This document shows positions 10,155-19,972 of a DNA stretch of 64,000 nucleotides, piece by piece. Each line of letters opens with the position of its first letter. The stretch's first letter is position 1. Both the position numbers and the translations under genes were made by a program. The notes beneath the pieces were generated by a model, which worked only from the letters and a program-made list of their open reading frames with translations, was not told the DNA's origin and searched no databases. Source of the stretch: Promethearchaeota archaeon (lineage in GTDB: Archaea; Asgardarchaeota; Lokiarchaeia; Sigyniarchaeales; SOKP01); assembly GCA_030599585.1 (NCBI GenBank), contig JAUVNS010000010.1, positions 64,001-128,000 on the forward strand. The letters are read 5' to 3'.

Positions 10155-11099
10155 CTACATTTTAATTAATGAACCAATAGCTTCCATTAATGATTCTTTC
10201 TTGGGAGCACCCTTCATCAATTCTGATTTAACTCTTTCAGCTAAAATTTGAGCTGTGAAAGGCTTACCACCGTTATCGATTTGATTATAAGTGTGCCAAC
10301 CTTGAAAAGCAAATACTCTGTCTGCTACTACTCGAAATACTTCTCCCGAAATTTTTCTTGCCTTATCTGAAGCAAGGAATACAACCATAGGAGCTACATT
10401 CGCAGGGTCAAACACATCAAACCCAGTTTCATCCAGCTTATTCATAATTTCAACCATTGTAGGAGTTGCATCAGTAGTAAGTCGTGTTCTAGCAACAGGA
10501 ACTATGCAATTAACTGTAGCATATTTTTTTAGTTCCATTGCAGCGATCACTGTAAAAGCTGCTATGCCAGCTTTTGCAGCACCATAATTAGTTTGCCCCA
10601 TATTTCCTAATAATCCCGCATCAGAAGCTGTATTGATTATTCGTCCAAAATTCTTTAATTTAGGATCGTTTTTTCCAGTTTTTCTAAAATAAGCTGCTAC
10701 GTGACGAGTCATATTAAATGTACCTTTTAGGTGTACTCCGATTACACTATCAAATTCCTCTTCAGACATATTAAAGAGCATACGGTCTCTTAGGATACCA
10801 GCATTGTTCACGACAATGTCTAATTTCCCAAATTCGGATACTGCCTGATCGATCATTCCTTTTGCCTTATTAAAATCTGCAACTGAATCGTAGTTACCAA
10901 CTGCTTTAACACCAAGTTTTCTACATTCCTCGACAACAACATCAGCTACTTTAGTTCCTTCACCAGTTCCATCAAAACTTGCACCTAAGTCATTAATAAG
11001 TAAATTGCAGCCTTCTTTTGCCATTGCTAACGCTTCTTCTCTACCTAAACCTCGACCAGCGCCAGTAATAATAGCAACTTTTCCATCTAACATTCCCAT
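10155..11099 (-). CDS. SDR-family NAD(P)-dependent oxidoreductase (hydroxyacyl-CoA dehydrogenase-like)
   Basis: TGAGRGLG, NDLG, NNAGILRD and the YxxxK motif (NYGAAK). Confidence 0.9.
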   Translation of the reverse strand: MGMLDGKVAIITGAGRGLGREEALAMAKEGCNLLINDLGASFDGTGEGTKVADVVVEECRKLGVKAVGNYDSVADFNKAKGMIDQAVSEFGKLDIVVNNAGILRDRMLFNMSEEEFDSVIGVHLKGTFNMTRHVAAYFRKTGKNDPKLKNFGRIINTASDAGLLGNMGQTNYGAAKAGIAAFTVIAAMELKKYATVNCIVPVARTRLTTDATPTMVEIMNKLDETGFDVFDPANVAPMVVFLASDKARKISGEVFRVVADRVFAFQGWHTYNQIDNGGKPFTAQILAERVKSELMKGAPKKESLMEAIGSLIKM

Positions 11100-11222
11100 A
11101 ATTTTTTCACTTCTTTAAAATTAAGATTGAATTTTAACATGTTTAAATCAATTGCAAAGTTAAAAAATTTTAAGAATTTGATAAAATTTAGTACCTTATA
11201 ATTCGTATTTAATTAAGGGGAA

Positions 11223-11756
11223 ATGAAGAAGCGTCTCATGGAAACTATAACTCACAATCTGATCGCAGTTTTTATTCAAATCCTCTGCTTTTTGTTTTTT
11301 ATATTTCCGTGGAATGTGATCTTTACGATTATATTTGCTTTTTTATCTCATATAATTTTTGACGCCTTATCGTTTATTACTTACCACACTCCTAATTCCA
11401 TGAAAGATGATAAATTTTGGCTCGTATGGCATTTTATAATCTACACTCTTTCGTTGTTTTCGATTGTTCTTTTTGTAATTCCCTATTGGATAAGTCTCTT
11501 ATTCGCGAACATTATAGATTTGTGGGATTGGTTTACCTTACGACCTATACAAAAAAAAATTAAACGCAAAAACCCTGATTCTAAATGGGGAGATAAATAT
11601 TATATGCATCAAATTGTTGATTGGGTAAGAGTGAAACTGTTTTATTGGCTTCCTAAACGAATTTATAAAAAATCAGGAATATTGATTGAAATTTCCATTA
11701 TAATTCTTTTTGCTATACTTTTAGGTTTGCTAAATGTTTCGTTGTTTATCGACTAA
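11223..11756 (+). CDS. membrane protein, possibly a metal-binding membrane hydrolase
   Basis: Several TM segments with H, SHxxxD, H and DxxD residues. Confidence 0.5.
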   Translation: MKKRLMETITHNLIAVFIQILCFLFFIFPWNVIFTIIFAFLSHIIFDALSFITYHTPNSMKDDKFWLVWHFIIYTLSLFSIVLFVIPYWISLLFANIIDLWDWFTLRPIQKKIKRKNPDSKWGDKYYMHQIVDWVRVKLFYWLPKRIYKKSGILIEISIIILFAILLGLLNVSLFID

Positions 11757-12153
11757 AAATTCGCTCAATTTCCTTAAAATCCTTGAAGTATAAAAGATGA
11801 CTAGAACAGAAACAATCTGAGGAGCCAAAACCTTTGATGTAATTATCACAAACCGATAAAATCTCTCCAGCTATAACGCATTCCAACCGAATCAAAGATG
11901 GAATTAAATATATTTTAATTATTTTGGATATTTCGCTTGCTAAGAAGTAATCTATATGCCAGAACAATTTCTTATAATGGGCCTCCGAGACATGTCTCTT
12001 AACTCTATTTTCTAACGAAGTAGAGCTATTATATCCCATAGCAGAGCCAACATATAAGTAATATCCCTTAGGGAAGGGCAACATGCCCATTGATCCTATT
12101 TGAATTCTCGTCTCTTTCGGGATAAAGATGAAGAGAATATAACTCCCTTTCAT
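11746..12153 (-). CDS. GIY-YIG nuclease family protein (DUF123-like)
   Basis: KGSY, YLYVGSA, RVKRH, WHIDY, EC and GFGSSDC.C.SHL motifs. Confidence 0.85.
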   Translation of the reverse strand: MKGSYILFIFIPKETRIQIGSMGMLPFPKGYYLYVGSAMGYNSSTSLENRVKRHVSEAHYKKLFWHIDYFLASEISKIIKIYLIPSLIRLECVIAGEILSVCDNYIKGFGSSDCFCSSHLLYFKDFKEIERIFSR

Positions 12154-12327
12154 CTATTTACAAGCTTTTTTATGATCGCGATAACAACCGTCACAGAAAC
12201 TTTCGTCACAATTATCGCAAATATTAGCACAATTATCGCAAATTTCATTACTGCATTCGAAGCACTCATATATACGATTGTTAGGATTTTCCCCGCAGTT
12301 ATCACAAATGATTTCTTTATTTGACAT
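12154..12327 (-). CDS. 57-aa Cys-rich metal-binding microprotein (below the ORF-track cut-off)
   Basis: Manual translation MSNKEIICDNCGENPNNRIYECFECSNEICDNCANICDNCDESFCDGCYRDHKKACK*; upstream GGAG; its TAG abuts the ATG of the GIY-YIG gene. Confidence 0.8.
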   Translation of the reverse strand: MSNKEIICDNCGENPNNRIYECFECSNEICDNCANICDNCDESFCDGCYRDHKKACK

Positions 12328-12571
12328 TATAATTATAACTCCACATATATCTAAAGTATTTATATTAGAGGATGTATTTTAAAAAAATGCTCTATTACCT
12401 CTTAAATAACCTGAATATTCTTTACTCTGTGCATATTGTCCACTAAGAAATCAAGAGTCCATTCATAGTTTTACTTTCCATTCATACTACAATTTCAAAA
12501 ACTAAATATGAACAGTTAACCCAATAAATATTAGCTAAAACCCGAAGAAACATGGGGGGAGGCGGCGAAAT

Positions 12572-12799
12572 TTGATAGAAAATAAGAGTATAATAATTTA
12601 TGAGTTGGAAAAACCATTAGCAGAAGTTTTAAAGGATCAGCTTAAAGAACCATCTAAAATAGATTCAGTAATAATTCCTTTCGCATTAATAGAATCGAAT
12701 CGCGTAGAGAGGGCGCGATTACTTAAGAAATGGAAAAAATCTGACGGTTATTTTTATTTAAAGCCACAAAAATTTGAATTTAGTTTAAAAAATTTATAA
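12572..12799 (+). CDS. small hypothetical protein
   Basis: TTG start preceded by GGAGG; co-oriented with the next ORF. Confidence 0.5.
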   Translation: MIENKSIIIYELEKPLAEVLKDQLKEPSKIDSVIIPFALIESNRVERARLLKKWKKSDGYFYLKPQKFEFSLKNL

Positions 12800-12830
12800 A
12801 AAATTAATAAAATGGAGGTGAAAAAAGAAA

Positions 12831-13076
12831 ATGGAGCAAGTACTTTTAAGAAAGAACGAACCAGAATTAAAACTTGAAGTAATAATCTTAGAGGATGTTC
12901 CTGTTAAACTAGAATTGAGTGAAGAAGCAAAACCACAGGAGAAACAGAAAAAAATAAAAAAATCATTATTTAAATTAATGAAGAAGAGTAAGCATAACGC
13001 AAAATATCTGGAAACATTAGTTTCCCCAGATGCAGCGAAGAGAAATGTTAACTACAGGAATTATGGATACTTCTAA
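12831..13076 (+). CDS. small basic hypothetical protein
   Basis: Strong GGAGGTG RBS; a long T tract follows the stop. Confidence 0.65.
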   Translation: MEQVLLRKNEPELKLEVIILEDVPVKLELSEEAKPQEKQKKIKKSLFKLMKKSKHNAKYLETLVSPDAAKRNVNYRNYGYF

Positions 13077-13136
13077 TTTTTTTTTTTATATTTTTATCAA
13101 CATCTTATCGATATAAGATGACCTGTTAGAGTTAAT

Positions 13137-13988
13137 TTAGTAATTATAAAAGCCTTTTTTAGTTTTTCGACCGATAGAGTTATTCTTTACCATTTTTCTT
13201 AAGAGTGAACTAGGATTATAGTTTTCCCCTAATTTTTCTGTGAGATATTCTCCAATGTGAAGATAAATGTCATTACCTACTAGATCAGAGAGTTCTAGTG
13301 GACCCATTGGAAAATTAAATGCTAATTTAACCGCAGTATCTATATCTTCTGTGCTTGCTATTCCTTCCTGCTTCATATTTATTGCTTCATTACATAGTAC
13401 GTAAATTAGTCTAGTGGTTATAAAACCTGGAGAGTCGTTGACAGTTACAACAGTTTTATTTAGACTTTGGGCAAAATTTTTAGATGCTTCGAGAATTTCA
13501 TCAGAAGTATTTTTACCTTTTATTAACTCTATTAATTTCATTACTGGAGCAGGATTAAAAAAATGAATTCCAACGATTCTTTCTTGATTGGTTGCTTTTT
13601 TTGCCATATCTGTAATACTTAGAGAAGAGGTATTAGAAGCAAGAATGACATTCTTATGACATTTTTTGTCTAAATCATAGAGTAAATCCTGTTTTAAAGC
13701 CATATCTTCAAATACGGCCTCGATAACAATTTGAACGTCTTTTATCACATCATCTCTATTAGTGGCTAGATGTATTCTACTTAGAATCTCCTTAGCTTCT
13801 TCATCTGATAATTTACCTTTTGTTACAAAGAATCTATTCAAGTTCTTATCAATGCTAACTTTCGCCTTTTTCAATATTTCTTCAGTTACATCAACTAAAT
13901 ATACATGGTATCCATGGGTCGATGCTAATTGTGCGATTCCTGAACCCATGGTTCCAGCACCTATTACACATACTTTTTCAATGTCCAT
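13137..13988 (-). CDS. hbd: 3-hydroxyacyl-CoA (3-hydroxybutyryl-CoA) dehydrogenase
   Basis: IGAGTMGSGIA, EAVFE, ASNTSSL, HFFNPAPVM, PMGP. Confidence 0.9.
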   Translation of the reverse strand: MDIEKVCVIGAGTMGSGIAQLASTHGYHVYLVDVTEEILKKAKVSIDKNLNRFFVTKGKLSDEEAKEILSRIHLATNRDDVIKDVQIVIEAVFEDMALKQDLLYDLDKKCHKNVILASNTSSLSITDMAKKATNQERIVGIHFFNPAPVMKLIELIKGKNTSDEILEASKNFAQSLNKTVVTVNDSPGFITTRLIYVLCNEAINMKQEGIASTEDIDTAVKLAFNFPMGPLELSDLVGNDIYLHIGEYLTEKLGENYNPSSLLRKMVKNNSIGRKTKKGFYNY

Positions 13989-13995
13989 ATCTCTC

Positions 13996-14787
13996 TCACT
14001 TCTTCCTAAATTTCATAAAATCTGCTTTACGCTTTTCAATAAACGCGTTTTTACCTTCCACCGCCTCTTCAGTGCCATAGTAAAGTGATAATCCCCCAAC
14101 ACCTAATTGTGTGATACCGTGAGTTCCATCTGTCTCTGCTAGAAAAGCAAATTTCAGCATCTTCAACGCTGTTGGACTTTTTTCTAATATTTCTTGACAC
14201 CATTTCTCTATTTCTTCGTCTAGTTTTTCAAGGGGTACAACAGCATTTACCAAACCCATATCTAACGCTTGTTGTGCGGTATATCTACGACAAAGAAACC
14301 ATATTTCTTTCGCTCGTTTTATTCCAACAGCACGCATTAAATCGCCCGTACCATAACCAGGATCAAATGAGCCAACCCGCGGACCCGCTTGTCCAAGTTG
14401 AGCGTGTTCTGCTGCAATACTGAGATCACTTGCAACATGCCATACATGTCCACCCCCAATTGCGTATCCATTTACACGGGCGATAACAGGTTTGGGAAGG
14501 GTGCGAATTAAACGAGTAACATGCTGCCAGCCAACCTCTAATGGTAACATGTAACCTCCCTTATAGCCTCCCTTCTCACGAGTTGTTTGGTCACCACCAG
14601 CACAAAAAGCTTTTTCTCCAGCACCAGTGAATACAACAACTCCGATTTCATTATCCATGCACCGATTAAATGCGTCGATCAATTCGTGGACTGTCTGTTG
14701 TGTACACGCATTGTAGCGTTGAGGTCGGTTTATTGTTATACGAGCTATACCACTTTTCTTTTCAAATATTATATCTTCATAATCCAC
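13996..14787 (-). CDS. crotonase-family enzyme of the MenB/BadI subgroup (DHNA-CoA synthase or 2-ketocyclohexanecarboxyl-CoA hydrolase)
   Basis: AFCAGGDQ, GYAIGGGHV, GPRVGSFDPGYG, EIWFLCR.Y. Confidence 0.8.
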   Translation of the reverse strand: MDYEDIIFEKKSGIARITINRPQRYNACTQQTVHELIDAFNRCMDNEIGVVVFTGAGEKAFCAGGDQTTREKGGYKGGYMLPLEVGWQHVTRLIRTLPKPVIARVNGYAIGGGHVWHVASDLSIAAEHAQLGQAGPRVGSFDPGYGTGDLMRAVGIKRAKEIWFLCRRYTAQQALDMGLVNAVVPLEKLDEEIEKWCQEILEKSPTALKMLKFAFLAETDGTHGITQLGVGGLSLYYGTEEAVEGKNAFIEKRKADFMKFRKK

Positions 14788-14816
14788 TATCTCTCATCTC
14801 CACATAAATTAATTTT

Positions 14817-15890
14817 CTATTTATTATTAAAATTTGACTTTAATATTAATTTTGTTCTCTCATTAAGAGACATCATTGGTTCATGTGCATATCCTATCTC
14901 CTTTTGGTACCAATAATATGTTGTTGCATAATCGATCCATCCACGGTTTTTTGAGTCTAGCCGTGAAATCCTCTTTAAAAAGATCTTCTTATCAGTATAA
15001 TCATTAGCCCAATTTACTCGTAGATCAAAACTTTTATTAAATCCGATCGAATTATTACCTCGGAAACGGTATATACTTACCATAGTTGGTTTTCCTGGTT
15101 GGACAAAATTCATCCCATTATACAACCCCTCGAACACTTTCTGAAAACCCCAACTAAAACCAAAAGCATCTTCTGTACCTAAATAATCCACTCGTGGCTT
15201 TTCTTCCCCATCAATCCTAATTTCATTATTACCTTCCATAACATAATAGAATCCTTTAAACATTGGTTCATCCGTGCTAATACTGCATGATTGCCCAATT
15301 AGATGCCCTTTCCCGTCTATGTGAATGAACTGTTGATTGGTATCACTTTTTAATTGAAAGGGGAATCTTTTCCAAGTTGCGTGAAAGTAACCAAGATCAT
15401 TATTCCAAGAGTCTAATTTTTCAAATTCAACAATACTATAATTCATCAGATCGTATTTAGTTTCATTCGTGAGAATAATTCTAACAGACTTTTCAAAGGG
15501 CATGGGTATAAAACAATTATACGACATGGGTGCCTTTTCGATAAAAAGGCTGGTGAAATCATTTGCTTTGCCTAAACAGCCGTCTGCGAAAAAATCTCCT
15601 ATTGGAACTCTTACTGAAGGAATAGGATTATCGTTGAAATAAATTTCAAGAATTAATCCTCTAACGCTTAATGCTCTTTGTTGGTTTGGAGGTATTTCCT
15701 GATCTTGCACAAGATGTTGAGTTGAGTGAAAATTAGTTATAACTGCCGGCCCCTTTATTTCTGCAATTGTCATGGATTTATGCGCATCTAAGGATTCAAG
15801 TTCAGGATAAGAATCATATTTCCATCCTGCCTTAGTTGCTCCAAAATTATATTCCCTTTTTATTTTGGAAATCTCTCTCCAATCTAACAT
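14817..15890 (-). CDS. DUF2961 (glycoside hydrolase family 172-like) protein
   Basis: VPIGDFF, NCFIPMPF, GYFHA.W, EG...I.IDGE and GTED.FGFSWGF motifs. Confidence 0.8.
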   Translation of the reverse strand: MLDWREISKIKREYNFGATKAGWKYDSYPELESLDAHKSMTIAEIKGPAVITNFHSTQHLVQDQEIPPNQQRALSVRGLILEIYFNDNPIPSVRVPIGDFFADGCLGKANDFTSLFIEKAPMSYNCFIPMPFEKSVRIILTNETKYDLMNYSIVEFEKLDSWNNDLGYFHATWKRFPFQLKSDTNQQFIHIDGKGHLIGQSCSISTDEPMFKGFYYVMEGNNEIRIDGEEKPRVDYLGTEDAFGFSWGFQKVFEGLYNGMNFVQPGKPTMVSIYRFRGNNSIGFNKSFDLRVNWANDYTDKKIFLKRISRLDSKNRGWIDYATTYYWYQKEIGYAHEPMMSLNERTKLILKSNFNNK

Positions 15891-16046
15891 TTTTAAACCT
15901 TTTTCATATTATTTTAATGGGTACTTAAGAATTCTTTATTTTTTATTTCTTATGGTCATTCTACCAATTTTGGTAATTCCTTATTACGAGGTAGTTAGTA
16001 GTTAGAAACCAGAATGCTAAGGTTGAGTAATATTATTATTTTCAGA

Positions 16047-16068
16047 TCGTGAAACTTCTGTTTCACGA
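16047..16068. promoter_or_regulatory. perfect 9-bp inverted repeat TCGTGAAAC-ttct-GTTTCACGA (operator or RNA hairpin)
   Basis: Seen directly, between the 3' end of the 16102 gene and the start of the DUF2961 gene. Confidence 0.45.
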
Positions 16069-16101
16069 AAATTCTATCTACCTATTGAATATAATTTATG
16101 C

Positions 16102-16638
16102 TCACTTAAGTAGAAGGTTTTGCTTTACTTCATGTACCATGCTTTGTCCTTCCTTATTGATCTGAGAAATAATTTCTCTTAATATTTCGGTGATTTCTAT
16201 ACCCTTTAATACACTGGAAACATAGAGCATTGAAAGCACTTCTTTAGTTAGAGTTGTAAGATTCTTCATGTCATCAACAGGAATCCTGATACCTAACGCT
16301 TTAAGATCCATTTGAGTTTCTTTTTCTTGTTGTCTTATGGCGATTAAGAAATCATTTTTTCTGCCTTTCCACAATTCAGACACAGTTCTAATAGACATAA
16401 TGTATCTTTTTGTAGGACTTTTTATGCCGTGAATCTCTTTTGCGAAACTTAAAGGTTTAGAGTTTCTTATTGCCTCTAATCCGAAACTCCTATTAAACTT
16501 GTTAGTTTTATCTAATTTATCTTTCATTTTTGAAATTTCGGAACTTAATTGTTCGATTTTTAACGACATTTTTTCAAACTTATCGAGAAATAGTTCCTTA
16601 TCCATTAGAATATCATTACCGCTCATTTCAGAAAGCAC
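16102..16638 (-). CDS. hypothetical protein with N-terminal coiled coil
   Basis: Heptad-like N-terminus; likely start is the ATG at 16626 after GGGTG. Confidence 0.65.
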   Translation of the reverse strand: MLSEMSGNDILMDKELFLDKFEKMSLKIEQLSSEISKMKDKLDKTNKFNRSFGLEAIRNSKPLSFAKEIHGIKSPTKRYIMSIRTVSELWKGRKNDFLIAIRQQEKETQMDLKALGIRIPVDDMKNLTTLTKEVLSMLYVSSVLKGIEITEILREIISQINKEGQSMVHEVKQNLLLK

Positions 16639-16777
16639 CCAACATTTACATATGATTCGTTTTAATTTAGTGGTTAATAAAATTAGTTATTAAAGGATTA
16701 ATCTTGTTCGAATTAGTAATTTCTAATCGATTAAAACTTAAAAGAAAAGTGAAGATAAGGAGTTAATATCTAAATAT

Positions 16778-18046
16778 TTATGCCGTAGTTTTAAAATTAG
16801 GCTCTTCTTCTTCGTAAGATTTTGTTTTACCATTATCTTGCTCATCTAAGGACTCGAGGGCATGGAGAGGTTCTTTCACTTGTTCTACGAATTCTACTGG
16901 ACTTAATAAATCTTTAACTTCTTGATCAACTTTATCTTTAAACTGCCTTTCATTAAGATTATATTTCTTAATTTCATGAAAACCTAATGTTACTAATATA
17001 AGTAGAAAGAAAATTAAAATACCGATATTTTTACCCAGATTAATACCATCCTCATCTAAAAAATCTATGATATCAATATACGGCAAGCCACTAAATAGCG
17101 TAAATGGATAATTATGAATAAACTCGTAAGCTACCTTTGAAAACACCAACCATATTAGAACTGAGTCAACTCCAATACGCTTAATTCGAATTTTTTTACT
17201 TAAAAGTTCGGCTTGAGAACCCATTAGGGTGCTAATTGAATATATTAATATAAATAAATCTATTAGTAACATTATAATTTGGGTTGGAATTGAAGTATCC
17301 TCTCCACCTGTGCTTCTTAAAGCTAAAAAAATCTTAAGTAGTAAATAAAAAGTATAAATTGCCACTGATAACGAAAACATCCCTAACCAAGCGTTAAAGA
17401 TTCTTTTAAACATGAAGACGATTCCGACGATTATAAAAATAATTACGATAACCCCAATAAAGAGTACAGCATAGTTCAAGGTATCGTAAATAGCCGGAGT
17501 AGATGCTAAACCTATTAGGTTTCCAATATCTTCCGATCCAAATATGTATGCTGCTAATAGAACTATTGAAAGGATAGAACCACCAAAAAATTGAATAAAT
17601 CTGTAAAATGAGCTATGAACTCGCCTTTTAAGACTGTCGTCTAATCTTTTACTTGATAGATAAGCACCATATAAAATGAACCATGATGTAAAGAATATAT
17701 AAGAAAATATTGAGAATAAAAAGATTCCTACCATAATTGGAATTAAGAAAAACATTAATGGAAGAGTTAAAAAGAAAGTTAACATTACTTTCCATGCAGC
17801 AACTTCTTTAATATCCTTTTTAGCTACAAGCGAATATAAAAATGTAAAAACTAAGAATGTTAAAAAGGGGATATATGTAATTATACCGATTAAATCTAAT
17901 AAATTTATATTAACTGAAAAAATATGAACTGAGAATTCAAAAGGGAGTTGAATAATTGTAATATTAACAAGTAGCCAGATTACCAGAATTAAGTATTTAC
18001 GATTTTCTTTTAATCCTAATTTCTTTAAGTTATCTAAAGTATCCAT
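16778..18046 (-). CDS. multi-pass membrane protein with acidic C-terminal tail
   Basis: About 9-10 hydrophobic segments. Confidence 0.7.
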   Translation of the reverse strand: MDTLDNLKKLGLKENRKYLILVIWLLVNITIIQLPFEFSVHIFSVNINLLDLIGIITYIPFLTFLVFTFLYSLVAKKDIKEVAAWKVMLTFFLTLPLMFFLIPIMVGIFLFSIFSYIFFTSWFILYGAYLSSKRLDDSLKRRVHSSFYRFIQFFGGSILSIVLLAAYIFGSEDIGNLIGLASTPAIYDTLNYAVLFIGVIVIIFIIVGIVFMFKRIFNAWLGMFSLSVAIYTFYLLLKIFLALRSTGGEDTSIPTQIIMLLIDLFILIYSISTLMGSQAELLSKKIRIKRIGVDSVLIWLVFSKVAYEFIHNYPFTLFSGLPYIDIIDFLDEDGINLGKNIGILIFFLLILVTLGFHEIKKYNLNERQFKDKVDQEVKDLLSPVEFVEQVKEPLHALESLDEQDNGKTKSYEEEEPNFKTTA

Positions 18047-18192
18047 AAAAAAAAGATGGACTTCGAATATTTAAAATTATATAATCAGTTAGTCTTGAAT
18101 GTTCATTCATTTTGTCAATGGTATTACAAGAGTAATTCAATAAATATTTAAAAGCATACTCTATCTATTATTAAACATTTACAATTTTAAAC

Positions 18193-18885
18193 GTGATGTA
18201 TTTGATATTTCAAACAGAATATTGGCCATATGTATTAGCCTTCTTTACTTGGGTTTCAGAATCTGCGGGAATTTTTGTACTAATATCTGGAATTATTGCT
18301 TTGACGTGGCTTGGTTTCGAAAGGAAACGTAGAGGATCTTTCTTTAAAAGAAAATCTGAAGCGGAAAAAACATCGGTTGTCTCCACGTTATTAAGATTAA
18401 TCTCTTATTCCAGTGTAATTGTTGGAATTCTTAATATTTGGGCAGGAGCTATGGGTCTGATCTTAGATATCCCACCAAGTTTTAAATACGGTGCGATTAC
18501 ACCTCATGCCGATCATTTTACATGTATATTCCTGATTGTTGTTGGAATCGCAATGTTTTTCAAACCAGTCAAGGATTTACCACTCTCTAGTATCCTTGGT
18601 CTTATCGCAGCATCAGCTACTGTTTTTATTTTAGCACTCCTAGTTCCAGATTCAGCAGTGGAATGGATTGCCGGTTGGATTAACCCAAAATTGTTATTAA
18701 TTATAATTTTCATTATAATAACTGCCATAGTTGCAATTGTAGCCAAATTTTTCTTAGGAGTACCCCAAGCAATCTCAAAATTCCTTTCTTGGCCTCCAGT
18801 TGCGTTTTTTATAATGATATTCGGTTTTGTTCAAGGAATTTTACTTTGGGGTTTCGGGATAAGCGTATTCATGAATATACTTTAA
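18193..18885 (+). CDS. multi-pass membrane protein
   Basis: About 6 hydrophobic segments; T-rich tract after the stop. Confidence 0.7.
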   Translation: MMYLIFQTEYWPYVLAFFTWVSESAGIFVLISGIIALTWLGFERKRRGSFFKRKSEAEKTSVVSTLLRLISYSSVIVGILNIWAGAMGLILDIPPSFKYGAITPHADHFTCIFLIVVGIAMFFKPVKDLPLSSILGLIAASATVFILALLVPDSAVEWIAGWINPKLLLIIIFIIITAIVAIVAKFFLGVPQAISKFLSWPPVAFFIMIFGFVQGILLWGFGISVFMNIL

Positions 18886-18924
18886 ATCTCTTCTTTTTTT
18901 ATTTTTATTTCTGCAATTGTTACA

Positions 18925-19725
18925 TTATATATAATCTGATAATTTCTTCTGTTGAGTGAAGTCTTTAAAGGGTAGATTTAATCTCTTCTTTAGCAGCTGT
19001 ACAGAGGTAGGGGCATTTCCTTGGAAATGATTGTTAACGATAATAAAAATTTCATGAATATTAGGAAATTCTTTGAGAGCTTTAATCTCATTAACTAAGT
19101 TGGTTAAATTTTCTTTTTGGTCTCTTTGAATTCTATTAAAGACAGTTAACTCGCGATCACCAATTAGGCGAATATAATATGAATTTTGTCTTGCCAGATA
19201 GTACGCTTTAATTCCAGGCATGTATGTTGTCCCCAAGATAACTGTCGAACTTTCTATTACTTTATGTAGCAAATCTTCATTAAACCAGGAATTATCGCGT
19301 AATTCAATAACATACTTATTCTCAATAGGGAGTTCACTTATTAGATATTTTAGTTGGTGGAAGTGCTTTTCATTGTACTTAAACCATGGAGGAAACTGTA
19401 ACAAGTAAGCAAAAATCTTATCTTTTAATGGAGATAGTCGATAAAAAAATTGAGAGATTGAATCCTCTATGTTAGCATCTTTGAATTTATGAGTAATCTC
19501 TTGCCAGACTTTAACTGTAAATTTAAAATCCTCGGGAACTTGGTCACTCCAATTTTGAACTACTGAAAAATTAGGAAGACTGTAGAATGTTGTGTTAATT
19601 TCAATTATATTGAAATATTTCGTATAGAAACCAAGTCTATTGTGTGATTCAAGCGATTTAGGATAAAATGGTCCTATCCAATCTTTATAATCCCATCCTG
19701 CGCATCCAATATATATTCTAGCCAT
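18925..19725 (-). CDS. DUF72 (YecE-like) TIM-barrel protein
   Basis: IG.AGW.Y.DW.G.FYP, EIN.TFY, LLQFPP.F, ELR..SW, NNH. Confidence 0.9.
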   Translation of the reverse strand: MARIYIGCAGWDYKDWIGPFYPKSLESHNRLGFYTKYFNIIEINTTFYSLPNFSVVQNWSDQVPEDFKFTVKVWQEITHKFKDANIEDSISQFFYRLSPLKDKIFAYLLQFPPWFKYNEKHFHQLKYLISELPIENKYVIELRDNSWFNEDLLHKVIESSTVILGTTYMPGIKAYYLARQNSYYIRLIGDRELTVFNRIQRDQKENLTNLVNEIKALKEFPNIHEIFIIVNNHFQGNAPTSVQLLKKRLNLPFKDFTQQKKLSDYI

Positions 19726-19972
19726 CCAGAATCACAATCAGAAATCCATTAAAAATCCTTTTCTCGCTTTTTCAAATAAACCAAAGCTATTTTCAATAAA
19801 ATAAATTAGCATTATAAAAAATTAATGGCTTCGATAATTTAATATAACAGAAGAAGAATTAATTTATATAGCCTAAAACAATGTAGAGAAAATCTATACA
19901 ATATTTGAGAATTTAAGTAGATAATTTTAAACCATTTTATGTTTTACAATTAAGTCAAAAAGGTGAAAAAAA

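Noticed and set aside
12100-12324. 74-aa + strand ORF with repetitive TIIAN sequence
   Set aside because: It is the antisense shadow of the Cys-rich minus-strand microprotein, which has an RBS and operon context.
12541-12570. GC-rich patch CCCGAAGAAACATGGGGGGAGGCGGCG as a riboswitch
   Set aside because: Only a 3-bp stem is possible, and the patch is explained by the GGAGG RBS of the next ORF.
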